Source: Pocillopora damicornis (Eukaryota). Taken from it: a stretch of 64,000 nt of DNA. Where the stretch lies: positions 868,001-932,000 of the forward strand of contig NW_020846357.1 in assembly GCF_003704095.1 (NCBI RefSeq), read 5' to 3'. Both the position numbers and the translations under genes were made by a program. Below the pieces are notes generated by a model. It did not search any database and had not been told where the DNA came from. It saw only the letters and a list, made by a program, of their open reading frames with translations. Of the stretch, positions 32,312 through 44,905 are shown one piece after another (within the stretch, counting starts at the first letter, position 1; every line of letters begins with the position of its first letter).

Positions 32312-34351
32312 TGTGTTTTTCTTTCAATTTAGTTAAGTCTTTTTACAATTATATGCCACTAATACATCTCACAACACAAGAGCCAAAACTTTTCAAGTTT
32401 TGAGTAAACTGTGGCTTCCTGCGTAACTATATAACAAGTCTGGGTAAAGAGAATTTGAAGTTTCGTCAGCAGACTTACTCTCATTACTTAAGAAGAGATA
32501 TGAATTTTATAGGTCGTGTGTAAAAACGGAAAGATTCTAAATAGCTCAATAAATTTGTCCCCAAAGGTGTGTCTTTGACGTTTCCAAACGTTTCTCATAT
32601 AATTTTTTTCTGGTAAAATTCCCAAAGTTGCATACTGCAGCACTCTATTTTGAAGCGAACGATAGGAAATATTTTGAGACGGAGAAAAATATATATTTTC
32701 AAAAACTTGAAAAATTATCCCTTCTCTTATAGCCGTATATTCAAAGACATGATTCCCAACGAAGAGTTTTCAAGAACTTTTAGTTTATGAAGCAAATATT
32801 CTAAGAAATGTCCTTAACGACCATTTTTGATCACGTCACAAACTTGTCTTAACAGTTCACTGCCAAGGAATTCAAGTAAACAGTTTACAGAATTTTTAGA
32901 ATATCTTTGTAGAAACGAGAGCTTTGATAGCTGAAGAATTAGAACCGAGATATTTTAAATGGCGAAAGAAGTCTTGATACGTTGTTTCCTTCGCAGAAAG
33001 AAGACGTGCTTATGGTAATAAATTCTAACTCTTAAGTACTTCGTGTTTAATTTATCTATTTTTATCTTTTGTACAAAACATGACTTAAGCAAGGTTTTAG
33101 ATAAATTCTATTGACTTTAATGAAACTTTGTTTACACCAAGATTTAGGACTCACGCTATGGCTAAAATTAACATAAGACAGCATAGGTAAAGCGCATTTT
33201 TTGACTGACAGTCATTCGTCATTAAAGTGATCACAAAAGCCAGAACAAAGAAGAATCGAAAAAAAAACAAGTTATAAAGTAAACTCAAAACACGCAAACT
33301 TTTTAAGCGCGGAAAAACGAGAGAAACCAGATTGGTTTTAGTTTCCTATCTAATTATTTATGAGGGTGGCGTGAGTTTTCTGCACCAATTGCAATCACAT
33401 GGGCACGTGAAAAAGCAAGACCAAGGTAGTCCCAGATTACTTTCAATGCCAAATAGCCCTATTCTCACGCAGTAGTTGATGTAAATGATAGTTCACTTTC
33501 GAACACAATTTTTCAGTGACTCTTTAGTCGCCCTATCAAGATCAAGCCATCCCTCGAGAGCTTTTGTGTTGTATCGAGCACAAGTTAGCTACATATTACA
33601 CACAAATGAGTGTCGATGAGTAGTGCGCGAAACCCGTCAGGGGAAGAGGTGAGTGGCCATTTTGCACGACCGCGACAAAATTCCATCAAGGAAAAAGTAG
33701 AAACTATTTTCATGACATTTTCCATTATTTTGGGATGGATATGTCAGAGAGATGTTTTTCAATTTCAAATGAGTGTTGTATTATAATCTTAAGCAAAGTA
33801 AATAGGTTTGAAATAAACGAAAGTATCGATCATTTCTTGAAAATGCTTTTCACGACTGAGAAGAAAAAGGAAAATTTGTTTTAGAATATAATTACTCTAG
33901 CCAAGTTTGCCGGGGTACAGATAATTATTCAACGAATGACAACGCGTTTCTGATTTAATGCGATATGTCTTAGGTATTTCCATCGTTATATCGTGGCGGC
34001 GCGCTCTAAAACTACAACAACAAGTTTATTACCATCAGCTCACTTTCTTTACATTGGTGTGAAATATTATTTTCATTGAGCCAATTGGAAGGCTGGTTAG
34101 GGTCTGAGACTTTGACCTTTAAATTCTTGTACAAACATGATGCAAATATCAGTAGCTTTTCGTCTTGAGGAGGATAACAAATTAAACAGACGGAAATCAC
34201 GCGTAAGCTGCTTTTGTGGACTAAGTCATTGACAACAGGTCTAAACTGATATCGAAAACAGATTTCAGTTGAGGAAGTTGAGTGGTGCATTCACATCGGA
34301 TTTTTTTAGTGAGAATTTCTTCATCAGCGTGAAGATTAGTTTGTATATAAA

Positions 34352-35218
34352 ATGACTGACCTAGGGCCGCCAAGAATTCATTCTGTCGTAGCAGCACGAA
34401 GCACCGCTCTAAAGATCAAAGAACTGTCATCGAGTCTTCTCTCTGAGAAGAAAAAAATAAACGACGAGGGAGCGTTTGCAGTCACGTATTGCGATGATCC
34501 ATCAAACCAGGTACAGAAACTAGTTCAGCCCAGCAGAGAGGAGCCTCCGGGAAGGCGGCGATCTGCTACAACGCACACGGCTTCGGCAAATGATCATGAA
34601 CACTATGTTGGAGGAACAGACGTGAGTGCCGCCTATCGTTTTTTAGATCCAGAAGAAGGCGGAAGTCGAAGACAAAGATCGAACACAGTGACGACGATTG
34701 GATTCAATGAAGCAGCTTCGTCAGATTCGGAGTCTGTAAAGATACCACATTTCCGATCGGGGGATGGTGCGTATCGAAGGAGAAGATACACAAGATCAAG
34801 AAGGGCATCCGTAACTACTCAATCCAGCGGACAAGAACGAATCCCGGAGCATGGAACTCTAGAGAATTCTTTTCGCACAGAGCCAGAGAAGATGTTTGAA
34901 CACTGGAAAGTTACAGAGATCATCAAGAAAACTTTTGAAGAAAACTTGCTTGAGGAACACGAGGAACACGATGATCGCCGCAATTATCAAAAAATGTGCA
35001 AAATCCTTGCAGACTTGATCAAAGAACAGGTTAAACATTTGGAGTTTTCCAGGCATAAAATCATCTGTATTGTATCCATAGGTCAGAAGAGAGGGGAGAG
35101 CGTGCGTCTGGTGAGCAGATGTGTTTGGGATCCGAGACATGACAGCTATGCTCAATATTATTTTGAAAAAGGAGACCTGTTCGCCTTTGGTGTAGTGTAT
35201 GGTGTGTATTACGAGTAA
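34352..35218 (+). CDS. Tctex1-domain protein (TCTEX1D1/DYNLT5-like dynein light chain), copy A, intronless
   Basis: C-terminal Tctex-1 domain: ENSFRTEP..RHKIICIVSIGQ..VRLVSRCVWD..DSYA..FAFGVVYGVYYE, preceded by a long disordered N-terminus. Confidence 0.9.
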   Translation: MTDLGPPRIHSVVAARSTALKIKELSSSLLSEKKKINDEGAFAVTYCDDPSNQVQKLVQPSREEPPGRRRSATTHTASANDHEHYVGGTDVSAAYRFLDPEEGGSRRQRSNTVTTIGFNEAASSDSESVKIPHFRSGDGAYRRRRYTRSRRASVTTQSSGQERIPEHGTLENSFRTEPEKMFEHWKVTEIIKKTFEENLLEEHEEHDDRRNYQKMCKILADLIKEQVKHLEFSRHKIICIVSIGQKRGESVRLVSRCVWDPRHDSYAQYYFEKGDLFAFGVVYGVYYE

Positions 35219-36988
35219 CAGAGACACTTAGCAAACAACTGAACGTGTAAAGAAAAAATTCAAAATGGTCGCCTCATGGCAGATGGTATGTTTGAAAACC
35301 TAATATCGTCTAGAAGAAAGAATCTTGTTGATGGGGTGTGGCAAACAATTCGACAAGCGTCTTTGCTTTGTTTAAAATCTGACAAGTCGCAATGCAAAAC
35401 AGTGTACACGTAGTTTATCGATGCAATTGAAATGTTGAAGAGAAAGGTAAACAACTCTGCTTGCGTCTGTTTTGACGTAACTGTAGGCCCCTTCCTGGAT
35501 ACACCGCAGTAAAACATATGCGCATGTGCAAACGTTGAAAAGCCTTTAAAGTGGCATAAGTTAAATAGAGGCCTTGCATTGTGCTATAAGGCTGTGAATC
35601 CAAATTGTTTCACTGGAGCTGTTAGAAAACGACCACACCAGCTAATAATTTAGAAGATCATAACTTTTCTAGTGAAGCCGAAACTTAGTTAGATACCTTT
35701 TGCGCTCGAAAAGTCTCATCCTTCTCTACTTTCAATTGTTTCATTCTCAGCTTTCTCTCATAGTTTCGCGTACGTGATAGAAATTTCAAATTAATTGGTC
35801 CAATTTTTGGCCAAAGACAAAGGCATGACGAGTTCCGACGTCGACTGGACGGCGTCGGTTGCAGTTAATGCACGCGAAGTGTCCAGAATGGTTCCTTTCA
35901 TCATAAATCATATTCCATGTTTTCACTAACAAATATTCCCTTACGTTTATCAGTTTTAAGATAAATTTGGTAAGTAATTAAGTGGGTGAATCTTCGGAAA
36001 GATTCTGCTCATCAATTAATAGATGAGTTCAACAAGTAAATTCCCAATTATGTGCCAAATTTCGACATATTTGCTTATCATAAACTTGGCTTTCATGTTC
36101 ATGCAACCGTTTAGTCTTGTGACGTCTAGTCAAAATACAAAATTTCAAATTTATCACAATGCTTAAGTTTTTTCCTAACAGTGGAGATAGTTCTCTGTTC
36201 AGCAAGAATCAGTATATTCATCTTTCTGCCCCGTTTTAAAACCACTTATCTCTGTGAGCATCGATTTAAAACCGTCAAGAGCTTTCGATTATTCCGCTTA
36301 CCAACGGTGACGTTGATTACCACTAAAGCTGTGTGTGTTTATAGATTAAGAATGATTATAAGGTTTGAAAAGTTGTTTTTTAATTAATTTAAGATCGCTT
36401 TGAACAGTACATCGACATCCAAATACTTTGTAGATAAATTCTTAACAATCAAAAAACTTGTCTAATTAAATGCGTCGAAACAGTTTCATTTTTACTATGC
36501 GCCATTAGAGCGTAAATCCCCGCCGTATGCCCTTATTTCTAAATATAAACTACCTATGTTGATTCTCCTTTTTAATAACATTCACCCAATAGAGTCGAAA
36601 GGATTACAAAGCCAAAACTCAAATGTACCAAACATAAAAATTTAGTTAAGTCGAATTTCACAAGCTTCTTAATTAATATTGTTATGCTACAATTGATTTG
36701 TCGCAAATGACAGATGAAATATTATATTCTCATTTATTGACGGCGCACTTATGTTAGCAAATTATTATGTGGAGTGATTGATTTATAAAGATCTTGTGAC
36801 AAGAGAGATGGCATTGATAAATGCTTGAGATTTAGGTCTACAAACAGTCAGGAATTAGTTGTCACTTTACCCGAAGTCGAGGTACAGCATGCAACGTCCT
36901 CTACGAAAATTAAACCCGGAGTTCACACAAAAATACTGAGTACTGATATCAGTAAATGACTTCACTGTTATGTTCAATACGAGGCTTT

Positions 36989-37624
36989 TTACTCGTAATA
37001 AATACCGTAAACTGTTCCAACAGCAAAGAATTTTTCTCTCTCAAAACACGCGCTAACACACGTATCGAAGTGGCTATTCCACAGACAGCGACTTGCCACT
37101 CTGACTCCTTGGGACTCTTTTGTTCCAAGGGTAATCATACAAACAATCTTGTATCGCTCAATGTTCAGCTGTTTTACGTTTTCCAGTATCCGAGCAGTCA
37201 GCAACTTGACGAGAAACGGCGTGTGATGAGCACTGTATGTATGGGAGTCTAAAGTATCCAAAGCTTCTTGAATCACCACCCGAACCTTTCCTTCAGGAAA
37301 ACGAATCTTTGGCTCCAATCGGTACGTATTCTCGAAGGTTTTCTTCAATTTTTCATCCGTTGGTTTTGTTTCAACAGCTGGCTTCTTGAAATTGGAGAAG
37401 AAAGACGCGGCAGATATACGTCTTGACAGTCCAGTAATCTTTCGCGAAAGGTTGCTTTCTTGGGAGACTTTGCGAACGCTTTGCTCGCTTTCCACGGAAG
37501 GACTTCGTTGACTTCCAATCTTCTCTACAGAACTCTCGAATAAAACCGCATTGGATTCGGTTTCTTCCGACAGAGTGCGACTAGAATGGCTTTGCCTTCT
37601 GCCAGAGGAACTACCTTCGTTCAT
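36989..37624 (-). CDS. Tctex1-domain protein, copy B, intronless
   Basis: First ATG at 37624 (the track starts at an upstream GTG). ENTYRLEP..RYKIVCMITLG..QGVRVASRCLWN..FAVGTVYGIYYE. Confidence 0.92.
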   Translation of the reverse strand: MNEGSSSGRRQSHSSRTLSEETESNAVLFESSVEKIGSQRSPSVESEQSVRKVSQESNLSRKITGLSRRISAASFFSNFKKPAVETKPTDEKLKKTFENTYRLEPKIRFPEGKVRVVIQEALDTLDSHTYSAHHTPFLVKLLTARILENVKQLNIERYKIVCMITLGTKESQGVRVASRCLWNSHFDTCVSACFEREKFFAVGTVYGIYYE

Positions 37625-39041
37625 TTTCACAAAGTTTGCGTGTCTTGCTAAGTTTGATCAACGAAGCCTGACTGTTTCTACAACACTGAGGCATTAGCTT
37701 ATTCAAATAGTTCTCTGGCGCACGGGCTCAATTACCAAAAGAACAATTATAAGTGGGGTAATAATCTCGCCATAAACAATAGATTTTAAAAGCTTGGATG
37801 AGCATGTTTTAATTTTGCGGCACAAAAGCAAAGCTTACTCACTTTACAAGGTTTTCTTGTTAAAAAAAAGTTCTCAAACCGCCGGAAACTTAAATCCTCG
37901 AATTAGGTCTGAGTCATCTGATTACGTCTCAGGAAAAATTATAATATAAAACTAATTCCAAAAAAAAAAAACTGAAAACTTGCAAACATGCAATAATATC
38001 ACTGAAACACAGACCAATTTACCTACTAAATAAAAAAGACTGCGACTGTATTTTTTTGTAAATAATTTATCATTCTGTTGATAAAGTACTTCAGTTTAAA
38101 CTGAAAGATTTTTCTTTGTTCTTTGTAATGACAAGAGCGAAAGAACTTGAAAAAGCCACAGACAAAAATTGTGAATCCAAAAACCTCCTGAAAATAACGC
38201 GCAGGTGCGAGCAGTTGATGCATAAATCTCTAATATTGATATTTCGTCAAAGCAGTACCTTGCAATAAACTGAGTTCTTTTTGGGTCTCGCAGATTCTCA
38301 AACCAGATTATTCGGCGCTTAACGAGTCTCAACCTCTGCCACTGATTCGTCGATCATTCTGGCCGATTATCTGTTAAAAGATTGTGCGTGTAAACCATAC
38401 ACAATTCTCTGGTAAGTTTTAATAGCTAGTCCAATTATCGGTTGACAAAAATAAACTGACCTCCGACTCAAGAGATCGATCTGCCCGTATAAGTTATCCT
38501 AGGAGTTTTTAGTACACTGTGGAAGAATTGTAGAGACGTAACACCGAATTCACAGTAAAAGCTATTAAGAAAACGTAAGATCGTCAGGTTAGAGAATTGA
38601 AAGATAACTTGAAAGATAATTGATCCCATCCGAGAGCAACGTATTTCCTACCGGATTAATCCTAATAAACTCTTTGGAATCTCGAAATCTAACCACATGA
38701 TGTTTTGTTAACCTAATGCCCGATCTTTTATCTCACGCCAGTGCTATTTTAGAGTCTGTTTTGTCTAATCCAGTGACAAGATAAGTAATTTCACTTTCTC
38801 ACTGGCGCAATTCTCCTCACAGCGTATCAGTTGCTTCAGTGGAGTTGGCTGACGTCTCTGAGAATAAAAATGAACGCTAACGTATTTAAACGATGCACGG
38901 AGTCGGTCCTAGACGGTAAAGTATTTCAGAATGAAGGATATCGACCACAAACTGCAGTATTGAATTTCTCTAGCAACGGTTGCCACAATTGTTATCAGTT
39001 TCTAAACACGGGATGAAAATTCTCCAAAAGAAGAATAAATG

Positions 39042-39665
39042 CTATTCAAAATAAACACCATAAACTGTTCCCACCGCGAAAAATTCTTGTCTTTCAAAGC
39101 AAACACTGACAAATGTATCAAACTGATCGTCCCACAGGCACCGACTTGCTATTCTTAAATCCTGAGATCCTTTCGTTCCAATGGTAACCAGACAAACAAA
39201 CTTGTAGCGCTCAATGTTCAACTGCTTTACACTTTCTAGTATACGAGTGGTCAGTAACTTAGCAATAAACGGCGAATGGGTGGCGCTGTATGAATGTGAC
39301 TTTAAGGTATCCAAAGCTTCTGTGATAATTGCACGAACGGTTCCTTCAGGGAGTCGAATCTTCGGTTCAAGGCGGTAAGTATTCTCCATCAACCTCCTTC
39401 TCTGTTCCTTTACAGCACTCGTTTCCGTTGGTTTCTTCCAGCTGCTGAAATATGACGCAGCAGAAATTCGTCGTCCAGTAACTGAAATCTTTCGACTTTC
39501 CTCTTGGGTAGAGATTTTCCGGTCGCTTTTCGTGCTCTCTCCTGAAATGCGACGCTGTTTGCTTGAACCCACAGAGATCTGGCTTTGAACCTCGCTTTCC
39601 TCCAACAGGGCTTGGCTTAAATAACTACGACCTTGGCGTCCGCCTACAGGACCAAAATCATCCAT
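39042..39665 (-). CDS. Tctex1-domain protein, copy C, intronless; close tandem paralog of copy B
   Basis: ENTYRLEPKIRLPEG..RYKFVCLVTIG..ASRCLWD..FAVGTVYGVYFE. Shares RRISAAS[FY]FS and most of the domain with copy B. Confidence 0.92.
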   Translation of the reverse strand: MDDFGPVGGRQGRSYLSQALLEESEVQSQISVGSSKQRRISGESTKSDRKISTQEESRKISVTGRRISAASYFSSWKKPTETSAVKEQRRRLMENTYRLEPKIRLPEGTVRAIITEALDTLKSHSYSATHSPFIAKLLTTRILESVKQLNIERYKFVCLVTIGTKGSQDLRIASRCLWDDQFDTFVSVCFERQEFFAVGTVYGVYFE

Positions 39666-40253
39666 TGTAAAAAATGTCCGCGTTCTTACACAATCTGCTT
39701 TTCCGGTAAGAGAGTTTTACAGGTTGTTAGGGGATGTTCTCGCGCGCGAAATGTCATCACTTACAAGAAGAACTATTTGCTTTACGTAATCTGAAACAGA
39801 TAAATGATGAGATTAGGGACTCAATGATTAATTTATCTTTTTCAGATAAGCGGAAGACTAAATAAAAACCACATTGCATTTGACCCAAATTATACCGTCC
39901 TTCCGTTTGACTGGCTAAGTTTAAGAAGTTTATCTTCATACGTACGTCTCCTGTTGACCTTTCGTGAAATCAAGCATGAACACTTAGAGTCTTTTGAATT
40001 TAGCTGGACTCCAAATTTTGACCAAATATAACGGTACTAAGACCAAAATAATTTTTTGCTTACAACCAGTGTCTTAATCGTTTTAGCATCTTTGAGGAAG
40101 ATCAAAGATCAAAGATTTCAGCATAAACGAACGAGGGGAGATTATTTTACTCATTTCATGCCTCCACTGTACATGGATCTAAAAACCGCACCTAATAACT
40201 GTTGTCATAACAGTTTTCGCAAAACAAATGCATGCCAACTCCCAAGATTTTCC

Positions 40254-40379
40254 GGATCAATATCAGTATCTGGGCAGCTGCACACCTACCCCTCCCTCAA
40301 CTCAACAACAGTCAATTGATAATAACGTCGGGTTAGGGGAGGGGTAGGTGGGCAGTTGCCCAGATACTGATATTGATCC
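40254..40379. mobile_element. Fold-back MITE with 8-bp target-site duplication
   Basis: Perfect 23-bp TIR GGATCAATATCAGTATCTGGGCA; GATTTTCC at 40246-40253 and 40380-40387. Decayed relative at about 2259-2365. Confidence 0.85.
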
Positions 40380-42499
40380 GATTTTCCTCGTCTCGCAAGT
40401 TCCAACAACTTATCTTATCGCTAGACCTCGTTAAAATGTCGAACATATCCCGAAGATGTTGTCGGTCTCGAACCTCGAGCCCAGCCGGTCACTTTCGGCA
40501 AAATGTAGAAGTGTCGCTTTTAATTTGAATATGCGATATAAATTGGAACAAAAGACATGGATATTAATTTATGAAATAACGAGGATAGAATTATATTACA
40601 TTCATGGATGATAATTTGTAAATATTTATTCGCGGCCTTTGGTGTCTGATTTTAAAATTATAAATCCCTAAATTTGTGTCAATTCTGAAGAGGTTATTGT
40701 GAAAAAACGGAAACAAATAACTATAATAATAAAGAAAATTTTAATGGTGTCATATTTTTGATAGTGGTTTTTTTTCTAACCATGCTTTCATATTTTCGTA
40801 ATTCGCTCAACGACCCGCTAAGCTTTATGTAACAAAAATTAATTTGCTGTATTCTTTTTGGTTTACATTTCCCTGAAAAGAACAGCGAGGATAATTAGCC
40901 ATTTGTTTAGCTGCTCGTCTGTGGATCCTAAGAGGTGGAAATAGACACTGTTGCCCAGAAACTAGATTTTAGAAATACTTTTTGTCAAATTCTGGATGAT
41001 GGCTATCGGTCAAATATTGCGTATAATATTTTGTTATTTTTACTTTTCTCAGTGTTTTGTGAAATTGAATAAAATTTGTTTTGGAAAATTTGAAATTAGG
41101 AGCTAAAATTGAACAATGAGCTGATAGTAGATTAACACCTTCTAAAAATTAGTCGTAAAAACTGTAAAAACCGATAAAGAAAGGCAATGTAGGATTTCCC
41201 TTCCGTAAATGGCTCGTTAAACTTTCTAAGAGTCCTACATATGTTGATGAAATTTTCCTGTTTGAATTTTTTAGACGCAAGAATTCAGGCTCTGGCCCAA
41301 CGGTAGGAAATAAATGGCGCGGAGTCTTTGCCTCTATGATAGAAACTTCATATATTGAGATATTGTCAAAACAATTAAATGTTACAAATATCTTTAATAG
41401 TATTTTGGAAAATTATTTTGAACAAACCATGCATTTATGATCGCAAAATTTTATTTCGAAATGTGCGCTGGACGCCAGCCAGACATTTCAAGAGATCACG
41501 TTCGCATTTAGCTCCCCATGACACAAAAATAAAACTGCGGAACCGAATTGTGGCGTTTCAAATCAACTTGTTAATTGTTAAAGTTGAAAGCAGGTGATCT
41601 AATTAGTTAACCACACATATACAGCCATAATCCTCTCCACAAATTGTTCTGAAAATTTAAGTTTAATTTAGAGAGTTGGAAAATGCCTTCGAGAAGATGG
41701 CAAAAAAAATACCAACTAGGGCAGTAATGTTTTGATTATTTAAACTGCAGAAATCATAACAACTGGAAAAAAAAGATACTTTTGTCATCTATTGGCAAAG
41801 AATGAAAATGTCTAAACTGGTGATGTACCATATTGTTTTCAATAAATGATTTATATTTTGTTGCAGCATACATAATTTTTCTTCTTTCTCGTGTCCCGAT
41901 CTATACACAGGAAATAACGTACTGCGCAGATTTTGAGTGATGAACAATTTATTCCAAATTTAAGAGTTTTCTCCTGAGCACTTCCCTTAATGATCAAACC
42001 ACCAATGATATTTAACAAATATGACATTTTGAAATCCATAATGCCCGCTCACCTGCTGTTTTGTAACAATTTTGTGAATAACATTCTGCCCTCAAAGAGC
42101 TCAGAGCTCACGAGTTTCTTCAACTGATTTGCATGCATATGCAATTTAGTTTGACGAAGTAGAGTGACCCTTCTAAGTAGATAAACGATAAATAAGTAAA
42201 TATACTCTATTAGGTTCAGGCAAGAAAATTATTACTTAGGAAACTCAAACCCACTTGGAGATTTGGCGGAATAACAAAACATCATTTACACTTTTACGAT
42301 TTTTAATAGGGTTCATGTTAATATTCGTGCACGTTTATGCGAATTCGAAATTCAACCTAGCACGGCAAAAATTATTACTGCTGTCGATATGAATCATGCA
42401 GCATTGAAAAAAAAAGCTATTTGTGTTTTATGACCTTTAGTTAGAAAATTTTTACGCTGTTTCTTTACTTTTATTTACACAACATATGTACAAAGTGTC

Positions 42500-43594
42500 T
42501 CAGCAACTAGCGACCGTTGTCGGCTCCAGCATTCTTGCAGGTATTCCAATGGTTGCCTGGTTCGTTTTCCGCGACTGAGCAATTGCGGCCACTTTTGCCG
42601 AGGTTTTAAACAATCCTCTCGACCTTGGTGCTGGACTCATGCCAGTGATAGTGCTGTTATTTGCCGAGCTGTCTGAGGTTTTCTCCAGAGAACATCGGCC
42701 GGCCAGAAGGTTTTTCATGATGTCTTTAAAAGCACGGCGATATTGTTTGTTCAACGCACCGTAGATCACAGGATTATTGGCGTGATTGCAAAATACTAGT
42801 ATCATGGACAAAATGTCGATCCAAAGTGGGATTTTAAAGCTGGGTTGGACCATTTCAATTAAATTTATTATAGCAGCTGGTATGAAACAAATTAGGTAAG
42901 CACCGATGACCACAGCGAGAGTCTTTGTGATGCGTACCTCCTCTACGTTAACAGAAGGTGCATGTGTAGTCATTGATGTCAATTGTCGCGAATGTTCCCG
43001 GACCTGCTTGTAAACTTTAAAGCAACAGAAACCAATTATCCCGATAGGCAGAGGAACAGCAACGAAAAGGAGCGTCGTAGAAAAAACGACTGAGCGACTG
43101 AAGAAAAAGATACATAGACATTTTCCGGATTGGAATTCAAATTTTGACCATCCTAGCAAAGGTCCGATGGCAAATGGCAGTGGTATGCACCAGATACATG
43201 CAATCATTAATGCCTGATTCCTCGCATTAAAAACTCTGCGATAGTAATTCTGTCTTACCACCATATAGTAGCGGTTGATGCTTATTGCAGTGAGACTGTA
43301 CATGGACGAAATGACAAACTCTGTTGTCATAAACCCGTTTAATTGACACAGCTCTTCCGCGAAGATCCATTTTCCATAACTAATCACAGATACAAGCATA
43401 AATAGCAGATTTGTCGATTCCAAAGTGTCTGCAAAAGCTAAACTTGCGATGAGAGCACGGCCTTTCGTACGAACTCTGTTACCTTTCGTACTAATAAAGA
43501 CAACCATTAAATTTCCAAAGATTCCGATCAATATAACGATTGTGAGAGGTAAGGATGTAATGACAACTGAAGCCGTTGTCCACTGCGAAACCAT
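42500..43594 (-). CDS. Rhodopsin-class GPCR, melatonin-receptor-like, single coding exon
   Basis: Seven hydrophobic helices with GN (TM1), LAxxD (TM2), SINRY (NRY variant of DRY, as in melatonin receptors), W..P (TM4), CFIP (TM6) and NPVIYG.LN (TM7). First ATG at 43594; the track starts at GTG 43627. Confidence 0.9.
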   Translation of the reverse strand: MVSQWTTASVVITSLPLTIVILIGIFGNLMVVFISTKGNRVRTKGRALIASLAFADTLESTNLLFMLVSVISYGKWIFAEELCQLNGFMTTEFVISSMYSLTAISINRYYMVVRQNYYRRVFNARNQALMIACIWCIPLPFAIGPLLGWSKFEFQSGKCLCIFFFSRSVVFSTTLLFVAVPLPIGIIGFCCFKVYKQVREHSRQLTSMTTHAPSVNVEEVRITKTLAVVIGAYLICFIPAAIINLIEMVQPSFKIPLWIDILSMILVFCNHANNPVIYGALNKQYRRAFKDIMKNLLAGRCSLEKTSDSSANNSTITGMSPAPRSRGLFKTSAKVAAIAQSRKTNQATIGIPARMLEPTTVASC

Positions 43595-44716
43595 CTTTTG
43601 CTTCTGCTGGCGTGTACTATTAAACACAATTTAATCGTACAGGAACGAATTTTTTCGAACTTTGTCACAATCCTTGGGGGTTTTCCTATAAAACTTCGCC
43701 AGAAGTGAGGTAGCTGTTGTTCCGAAAAAATATAATTGATAACTTTAAAGTGTTAGATTGTGGTTTCGGCGTTTAATTCACACCGTTCCTCTATCACCTG
43801 TCCTTAATGCAAAAGAGTCGGGAAGTAATTAATACTCCTGTCTGATTGGTCATCGGTTAAAGCCGCTGACAAGAACACAATCCATTCTTGCTAGAAATTT
43901 CTCACAATTTTCACTCAACTTTATTTAATTTGTTTTCAGAGCTAATGTTTTCTTTTCAATTTTCCCCACAGCCGCCCAAAGATTATAAGCAGAAAAAGCC
44001 GCTCGTTATGAACATAGGGCTTAAATATCAAACTAAGAAGACACATTTCAACTTTCAACTCCGCAGGGAGTCTTGAGCGAGTTTTAATGACAATGCTACA
44101 GAGTTTTCTTGATCAAACAACGAAAAAAGGGAAGTGTCAAAAATTGCCTTTTGCCAAAAAAACGGAAGAGTTCGTAATTAAATGAGCAGACAAGTTAAGT
44201 AAATTGCTTAGGTTTTCATGATCAAAACGTGGTTTTGAGATCAAAAGTGAGAAAAAATTTGCAATTTTATTGTCTGAATTGTGTCGGATATCAACAAGAA
44301 AAAGGTGCGAGCAAACCAATTTTGGGTTGAATTTTTCATCTGCGAAAACCACTCTTTTGGCACAATATGTAGGAAAGATTTTAAAATTCAAACGAGTATT
44401 GGGCAAGAATCAGATATTATACGACCAATCTTCCAACAATCAGAGATTTTAAAATTACATAGAAAATAGCCTTTTATTTGCATTAGGATGGTTAGTGCTT
44501 GCATTTGGAAGCCATAATTTTCAAACATTTGTAAATAGAATAGTCTTCTTTAATTTTACTGTTAAAAGAACTGAAATGTCGTACTTTGTGCCGAGTCCAA
44601 GCTTGGCGCTATAAACATGGTTTTGTTCTTTTAGATATATATCTATATATTTTTTTTTCATCTCAAAAGCTCAAAATCATGCTGGAAAAAAACATAATTT
44701 GCAAACTCTTACTTTT

Positions 44717-44905
44717 TTAACCCTTCACATCCTGAAATCAGTCTCCGCACTATTCCCTGTACATTTCCTATGGTACTACCAACAATAATTTGTTCACCAG
44801 TCGAGAGCTTCTCTCGGTCGGTGATCATTTCCTTTATTCTCGTGCCCTTAGTGTTTTATCCAGCGGTGATATTGTAAGGAGAAATTAGATGCTGGTCTCT
44901 TTAAA
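44717..44905 (-). mobile_element. Subfamily B MITE
   Basis: TTAACCCTTCACA..GATATTGTAAGGAGAAATTAGATGC. Confidence 0.7.

Noticed and set aside
32312-34351. RFX X-box or FOXJ1 sites upstream of the putative ciliary genes
   Set aside because: Only weak partial matches, expected by chance in AT-rich DNA.
42500-43594. GPCR as an opsin
   Set aside because: The position equivalent to the retinal-binding Lys (six residues before the N of NPxxY) is Phe.
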